A DNA stretch of 21,072 nucleotides from an archaeon (GTDB lineage Archaea; Iainarchaeota; Iainarchaeia; Iainarchaeales; 1-14-0-10-31-34): contig JBDRFE010000075.1 of assembly GCA_043819075.1 (NCBI GenBank), positions 1 to 21,072 of the forward strand, in the 5' to 3' direction. A model generated the notes under the pieces. That model saw only the letters and a list, made by a program, of their open reading frames with translations. It did no database searches and was not told the origin of the DNA. Of the stretch, positions 16,944 to 21,072 are shown in pieces. Both the position numbers and the translations under genes were made by a program. Position 1 is the stretch's first letter. Every line of letters begins with the position of its first letter.

Positions 16944-17081
16944 TTATTTTTTCTTTTTAGGCACATTCCAATATGGAGACTTGCATTTAGGACAAACTTT
17001 TGGCAAAGCTTTTGTATTTCTTGGACTCCAAGGGTGTTGGCATCTTTCGCATTTGAATCCTTTTAGTGTTATTTCAGCCAT
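16944..17081 (-). CDS. Zinc-finger microprotein (45 aa), not in ORF track
   Basis: Manual translation MAEITLKGFKCERCQHPWSPRNTKALPKVCPKCKSPYWNVPKKKK, with two CxxC pairs. AAGG directly precedes the ATG. Confidence 0.8.
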   Translation of the reverse strand: MAEITLKGFKCERCQHPWSPRNTKALPKVCPKCKSPYWNVPKKKK

Positions 17082-17087
17082 CCTTTT

Positions 17088-17149
17088 AAGTAATATACCA
17101 ATAGGTATTAAAACACTTTGCATTATGTATACTTAATAATATATTACTT
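17088..17149. promoter_or_regulatory. Inverted repeats in the divergent Zn-finger/transposase promoter region
   Basis: AAGTAATATA (17088-17097) and TATATTACTT (17140-17149) are perfect inverses. Internal dyad ATACC-AATA-GGTAT at 17095-17108. Confidence 0.45.
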
Positions 17150-17161
17150 GAAGGTATACAA

Positions 17162-18343
17162 ATGGAACATATTAAATGCCCAACCTGCGAAAGTTTTAAC
17201 ATAAAAAACTTTGGCAGAAGAAGAACCATCAAAACCCAACAAAACAAATACATTCTATTTTGCTTAGACTGCGGGCACAGCTTTAGCTTAGATGAACTAA
17301 ACGATTACCCCATAAAAGAAAAAATTAAAGAAATTAACTACAAACAAGACTGGACAGCATACAATTTAGCCAAAACCAAAGAAAAAACACTATTCTTAGA
17401 AATACTAAGCGAACTATTAAACCAAATTCCTTACACACCCCAAAAAAAAGTTGGCAAACCAAGTATGAATTTAAAAGAAATCATTTTTTGTAATGCAATC
17501 AAAGCCTATGACAACCATTCTGCAAGAAGAGTTATTGCAGACATAAAATTATGTAACGCCAAAGGCTACATTAATTGGGAATGGCATTTTAACACTATTT
17601 TAAAGGGATTAAACAAACAGGAATTAACTGGCTTACTTAAACAACTAATTTTGTTAAGTGCATTGCCTTTAAAAGAAATTGAAGACCAATTTGGTTCTCA
17701 GTTCGCAGTTGATTCAACTGGTTTCTCTAACAAAATTTATTCAAGCTGGCATCACACTAAATGGGAAACAAAAGAAAAACACGCTGGCTGGCTTAAAGCC
17801 CACATAATTATTGGAACAAAAACCAACACAGTAACAGATGTTAAAGTTACTCTTGGAACTGCCAATGACTCGCCTTTATTGCCTGAACTCGTTTTTAGGA
17901 CTTCAGCTTATTTTAATGTTTTAGAGGTTTCAGCTGACAAAGGCTATTTAAGTGAAACCAATTTACAGGCAATTGAATCTATTGGCGCAACTCCTTTCAT
18001 TCCATTTAAGTCTTTAAATAAAAACACTACAAGCAAGTCAGGCATTTGGAAAAAAATGTTTAAATTATATTTTTTTAATTCAGAGCAATTTAAAGAACAT
18101 TATCATAGGCGTTCTAATGTTGAAAGCACGTTTTCTGCTATTAAAGGAAAATTTGGTGGCTCTCTTAAAAGCAAATCTTTTGTTGGGCAAACTAATGAAG
18201 TTTTGCTAAAAGTTTTATGCCACAACATTTGTTGTTTAATTCAAGAAATGTATGAAACTGGTGTTGATGGTTTAGTTGCCCAAGAAATTTCTAATTTTTG
18301 CACACAAACCCTCGCAACTGCACACAAATTACAAAAATATTAG
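17162..18343 (+). CDS. IS5-family (IS903-like) DDE transposase with N-terminal C4 zinc ribbon
   Basis: W.AYN, VDSTG, WLKAH, ADKGY and the Y-2-R-3-E-6-K signature (YHRRSNVESTFSAIK). N-terminal CPTC...CLDC. Confidence 0.9.
   Translation: MEHIKCPTCESFNIKNFGRRRTIKTQQNKYILFCLDCGHSFSLDELNDYPIKEKIKEINYKQDWTAYNLAKTKEKTLFLEILSELLNQIPYTPQKKVGKPSMNLKEIIFCNAIKAYDNHSARRVIADIKLCNAKGYINWEWHFNTILKGLNKQELTGLLKQLILLSALPLKEIEDQFGSQFAVDSTGFSNKIYSSWHHTKWETKEKHAGWLKAHIIIGTKTNTVTDVKVTLGTANDSPLLPELVFRTSAYFNVLEVSADKGYLSETNLQAIESIGATPFIPFKSLNKNTTSKSGIWKKMFKLYFFNSEQFKEHYHRRSNVESTFSAIKGKFGGSLKSKSFVGQTNEVLLKVLCHNICCLIQEMYETGVDGLVAQEISNFCTQTLATAHKLQKY
18299..18328 (+). repeat. Subterminal TGCACACAAA x2 (18299, 18319)
   Basis: Same 10-mer and same orientation as at the left end, 20-bp spacing, inside the transposase 3' end. 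Confidence 0.9.
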
Positions 18344-18361
18344 GAATGTGTATGCAAAGAC

Positions 18362-18370
18362 GGTTCAGCT
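18362..18370 (+). repeat. 9-bp target-site duplication GGTTCAGCT (between elements 1 and 2)
   Basis: Identical to 13819-13827 and flanked on both sides by element termini. Confidence 0.8.
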
Positions 18371-18401
18371 GGCTTTGCTATTTTAGTGCCTTTTTTGGCT
18401 T

Positions 18402-18433
18402 ACTTTAGGAGCAAAAATGGCACTTTAGGAGCA
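18402..18433 (-). repeat. Subterminal ACTTTAGGAGCA x2 (TGCTCCTAAAGT on minus)
   Basis: Exact 12-mers at 18402 and 18422, with a degenerate third copy near 18381. Confidence 0.85.
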
Positions 18434-18446
18434 GTAAAGACTTATT

Positions 18447-19313
18447 TTATTCAGGTCTATTTTTATTTATCAATAACTCCAATATTATTATATTCTCTTT
18501 TTCATAAATATTTTTTTCAAAAAAGTTCATAAAATCTTTGTTTTCATCAACCCACTTTTTTATTGTTTCAAGATTGTGTTTGCCAATTCCATGTATATGT
18601 ATAAAATTAAAACCATACTTTGTGGATATGTTTAATTTTGATATTATTGACTTTGTTATTTCTTCTGGGCTCGTATTTGAACTAACAAATAGTGTCAATG
18701 CAGTTTTTTCCACGACTATTTGGTATAATTCTTTGAATTTTTCTGGGGATAAATTATACAACGGTATTAAAAATCCTTCAAAATAGTTTGCTGAACATAA
18801 ATTGCAAATGTTTTTGCCCCTATCACCAAACTTTGCTATTATATCTATTTTTATTTTTGTTATGTCGTTACCCTTTTTAAATTCAGACCTTAAATACAGT
18901 GATGATTCTAAAGCATCATAATCTTCTGGAGAAATTATTTTTTCAAAAAAATTTAAGACTTGAGCATCATCATTTTCTTTTTCATATTTATAAATATTGT
19001 TGAGTTGGCTTTCTGTTGTTTTTTCAAGGAGTATATTCTCTTTACTATCTTCAGTAAAATCATTTATGAGTTCTTTAATTGTTTTTTTTTCTTCTTCTTT
19101 AATCTTTGCAAGATTTATTTCTATTGTTTTTGTTTCATTATTAAAAAACATTTCCCCATTTTTTGAAATATTTTGAATAAGAGAACCTTTATTTTTTTGT
19201 GTTTTGTTAAAACTGTTGTTGAAATTAATAAAAGAAACATCTTTTAACAAAGGAGAATTGATGTTTATAGTAATTATCCCTTTTAGTTTATCCAAAACTT
19301 TATCTAAATCCAT
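18447..19313 (-). CDS. Hypothetical protein (288 aa), possible C-terminal Smr/Alba-like domain
   Basis: Long ORF. C-terminal FNFIHIHGIGKHNLETIKKW resembles the Smr IHGxG motif (by-eye match only). Confidence 0.7.
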   Translation of the reverse strand: MDLDKVLDKLKGIITININSPLLKDVSFINFNNSFNKTQKNKGSLIQNISKNGEMFFNNETKTIEINLAKIKEEEKKTIKELINDFTEDSKENILLEKTTESQLNNIYKYEKENDDAQVLNFFEKIISPEDYDALESSLYLRSEFKKGNDITKIKIDIIAKFGDRGKNICNLCSANYFEGFLIPLYNLSPEKFKELYQIVVEKTALTLFVSSNTSPEEITKSIISKLNISTKYGFNFIHIHGIGKHNLETIKKWVDENKDFMNFFEKNIYEKENIIILELLINKNRPE

Positions 19314-19328
19314 AAAAATAAAAGGAGA

Positions 19329-19574
19329 CTATTTTTTAGACTTTATAAATTTGAATAATGAAACAACATTATCCCTTATAAATATTTCAGACCCTTTTTT
19401 ATAGCCACCAAATTCATCCGCCTTTATTTCTTGTTCGTCAAAAGCCAATACACGTTGAGAAGGGTTTTCTTTTTCTACAATATAACCATCTTTATCTACA
19501 TCTTTCCCAAGCAAATCAAAAATTTCTTTCTTAGCGGACTTATCAAAAGTTATTTTAATATTAGACATACTCAA
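19329..19574 (-). CDS. Small hypothetical protein (81 aa), probably co-transcribed with the 288-aa gene
   Basis: Globular-looking ORF ending 15 bp upstream of the next gene, same strand. Confidence 0.7.
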   Translation of the reverse strand: MSMSNIKITFDKSAKKEIFDLLGKDVDKDGYIVEKENPSQRVLAFDEQEIKADEFGGYKKGSEIFIRDNVVSLFKFIKSKK

Positions 19575-19667
19575 TACCTATAACAACCACAAATTAATAT
19601 ATTTGTTTATTTATAAACTTTTCCTATATTCAATTTTTGTCTTTAATTTAACTATATCTAAAAATCT

Positions 19668-20834
19668 TTAAAATTCTATCTTTATCCCAAGTTCATGTGT
19701 TTCGTGGATTAAAACTGCAATATTGTATGCTATTATTTTACATAGTAATTCGTTTGTTTGGCTTACAAAAGTTTTGTTTTTTAGGCAGTCGCCGAATTTT
19801 GTTTTGATTGCCATAAAAGTAGTTTCAACATTGCTTCTTGCATGATAATGTTGCATGAATTCTTCTTGGTTGAATTGAAAGTAGCAATACATTTTTCTCC
19901 AGATTGAGTTTCCTTTAGATTTTCCTGTTGCATTGCTTCTGAAAGGAATAAATGCAATTCCATTCAAATCATCAACTAATGCAAGATTTTCTCTTGAACT
20001 GTAAGCCTTATCTGCCATCATTTTCTGAACATTAAAACCGTTTTCTGCTATTGTTTCAACTAATGGCTTAAATTGAGGGCAGTCAGCTCCATTCTCTTGA
20101 GTGATTTCTGCTGAGCATACAATATTTGTTTTGTTACCAGAACAAATATGGGCTTTTACCCATTTATGTTCTTTTTTTGTGCCATGCTTTTCTTTACAAT
20201 ACTCATTAAATCTTGTTGTTCTGAATCCTGAACTGTCTACTGAAAAGCTTGTTTCAATTACTTTTAACGGAGAAGCTGATAAAGTAATTAATTCTTTTAG
20301 TATTGAAGTTATTTCTTTTTCATTTAAGATTTTGTTTATTGCATTATAGTTTGGTGTTTTGTTGATTATGTTTTTTCCTTGTGCGTTTTTGAATAAACTA
20401 TAAGCCCTTCTTGAACTTAATTGAGAGTAAACTTTTTGGATTGCACAAAACAAAACTTCTTTTCTGCTTAATTTAGGTCTGCCAAAAGAATATTCAGGTT
20501 CTTCAATTTCTTTTAATAAATCTTTTAATAAAACTTCAAATTGGTTTACTTCACATTTTTGTGCTTCGGTGTAAGCTCTCCAAGCCTGAGGATAACTTAA
20601 TTTAATTTTGTGTTTTGTTCCATCAGGCTTTTCAATCTGCAAATAATACTTTACTGCAAAAGCGTGTTTGCAAGTGCAGTGCCTTTCTTTATGGTCAGGG
20701 CAACTGCAAGAGTAATCTTTTCTAACAAAATATTTTTTGTTTGAAGTTTGACTTGGAACTATCCATCCATCTACTCCACTTTGAATTGTTTTTGTTTTGA
20801 ATATCTGTAATCCTTTTTGTTTTCTTAAATCCAT
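19668..20834 (-). CDS. IS5-family (IS903-like) DDE transposase with N-terminal SWIM zinc finger
   Basis: CSCPD...CKH (SWIM), W.AY, VDSSG, WVKAH, ADKAY and YHARSNVETTFMAIK (YREK). Confidence 0.9.
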   Translation of the reverse strand: MDLRKQKGLQIFKTKTIQSGVDGWIVPSQTSNKKYFVRKDYSCSCPDHKERHCTCKHAFAVKYYLQIEKPDGTKHKIKLSYPQAWRAYTEAQKCEVNQFEVLLKDLLKEIEEPEYSFGRPKLSRKEVLFCAIQKVYSQLSSRRAYSLFKNAQGKNIINKTPNYNAINKILNEKEITSILKELITLSASPLKVIETSFSVDSSGFRTTRFNEYCKEKHGTKKEHKWVKAHICSGNKTNIVCSAEITQENGADCPQFKPLVETIAENGFNVQKMMADKAYSSRENLALVDDLNGIAFIPFRSNATGKSKGNSIWRKMYCYFQFNQEEFMQHYHARSNVETTFMAIKTKFGDCLKNKTFVSQTNELLCKIIAYNIAVLIHETHELGIKIEF

Positions 20835-20960
20835 TTAAATTACCCCTAAAAAAAATGTTTCTATTACACTAATGCTTAACAAAAGTTTAGGGTTCTTTTT
20901 ACCTAAAACCTTTGAATTTAAAATCATTAATGCAAAAAATAATGAAAAAACTTTAATCAT
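20835..20960 (-). CDS. Possible 41-aa hydrophobic peptide coupled to transposase 2
   Basis: MIKVFSLFFALMILNSKVLGKKNPKLLLSISVIETFFLGVI. AAGGA upstream, and its TAA directly precedes the transposase ATG. Confidence 0.3.
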   Translation of the reverse strand: MIKVFSLFFALMILNSKVLGKKNPKLLLSISVIETFFLGVI

Positions 20961-21039
20961 TTAAATTCCTTCTTTTTACATAGTTTAAGTCTTATATTAC
21001 ATAGCAACAAAAAGCATATAAATATATCTATGAAATATT

Positions 21040-21058
21040 AGTCTCATTTTATGAGACT
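21040..21058. promoter_or_regulatory. Perfect dyad AGTCTCAT-TTT-ATGAGACT, putative operator
   Basis: 8-bp inverted arms just downstream of a plus-strand AAAAGCATATAAATA BRE/TATA-like box. Confidence 0.45.
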
Positions 21059-21072
21059 TTTAAAACATATGT

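Larger units (their letters stand above)
13828..18361 (+). mobile_element. Element 1: IS5-family (IS903-like) cargo transposon, 4,534 bp
   Basis: Imperfect TIRs: GGCGTTGCACACAAAAT (13828-13844) versus the reverse complement of 18345-18361, GTCTTTGCATACACATT (12/17). Also a 9-bp TSD, a DDE transposase at the right end and TGCACACAAA motifs at both ends. Confidence 0.8.
18371..21072 (-). mobile_element. Element 2: second IS903-like cargo transposon (other end outside window)
   Basis: Begins GGCTTTGC immediately after the TSD (the IS903 IR begins GGCTTTG). Carries 20-bp-spaced subterminal repeats and its own transposase at 19668-20834. Confidence 0.7.

Noticed and set aside
16930..17136. Plus-strand 68-aa ORF
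   Set aside because: Antisense shadow of the zinc-finger microprotein.
17162..17290. Transposase Zn ribbon as a TFB zinc-ribbon mimic
   Set aside because: The CPxCxS...CxxCG pattern is generic and also typical of IS1/IS1595-type ribbons.
17930..17937. TTCAGCTG inside transposase 1 as an internal guide to the target
   Set aside because: Only 8 bp, and it encodes the conserved SAD catalytic motif.

Overview
AT-rich archaeal DNA, probably from a DPANN lineage (inferred from TFB, L35Ae, RNase HII, GGTGA-type RBSs and BRE/TATA promoters). 1-13.8 kb is core chromosome: two Cys-repeat surface/secreted proteins, a small lipoprotein, galE, a RAD55/KaiC-like ATPase, scpA, an HTH-iscS-iscU cluster, scpB, Hsp20, rnhB, rpl35ae, a SAM methyltransferase, a small basic protein and tfb. 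The iscU gene carries a 378-aa LAGLIDADG intein at its first Fe-S-ligand Cys. From 13,828 the window is a stack of two divergent, cargo-carrying IS5-family (IS903-like) transposons. Element 1 (13,828-18,361, 4.5 kb, about 9 passenger genes) lies between perfect 9-bp duplications GGTTCAGCT. Element 2 starts immediately after the second copy with an IS903-like GGCTTTG end and runs off the window. The shared target abuts the BRE-TATA of the probable tfb promoter. Both elements carry related subterminal motifs at about 20-bp spacing, and their transposases have different N-terminal zinc domains. This suggests a site-selective, possibly promoter-guided transposon system (hypothesis).
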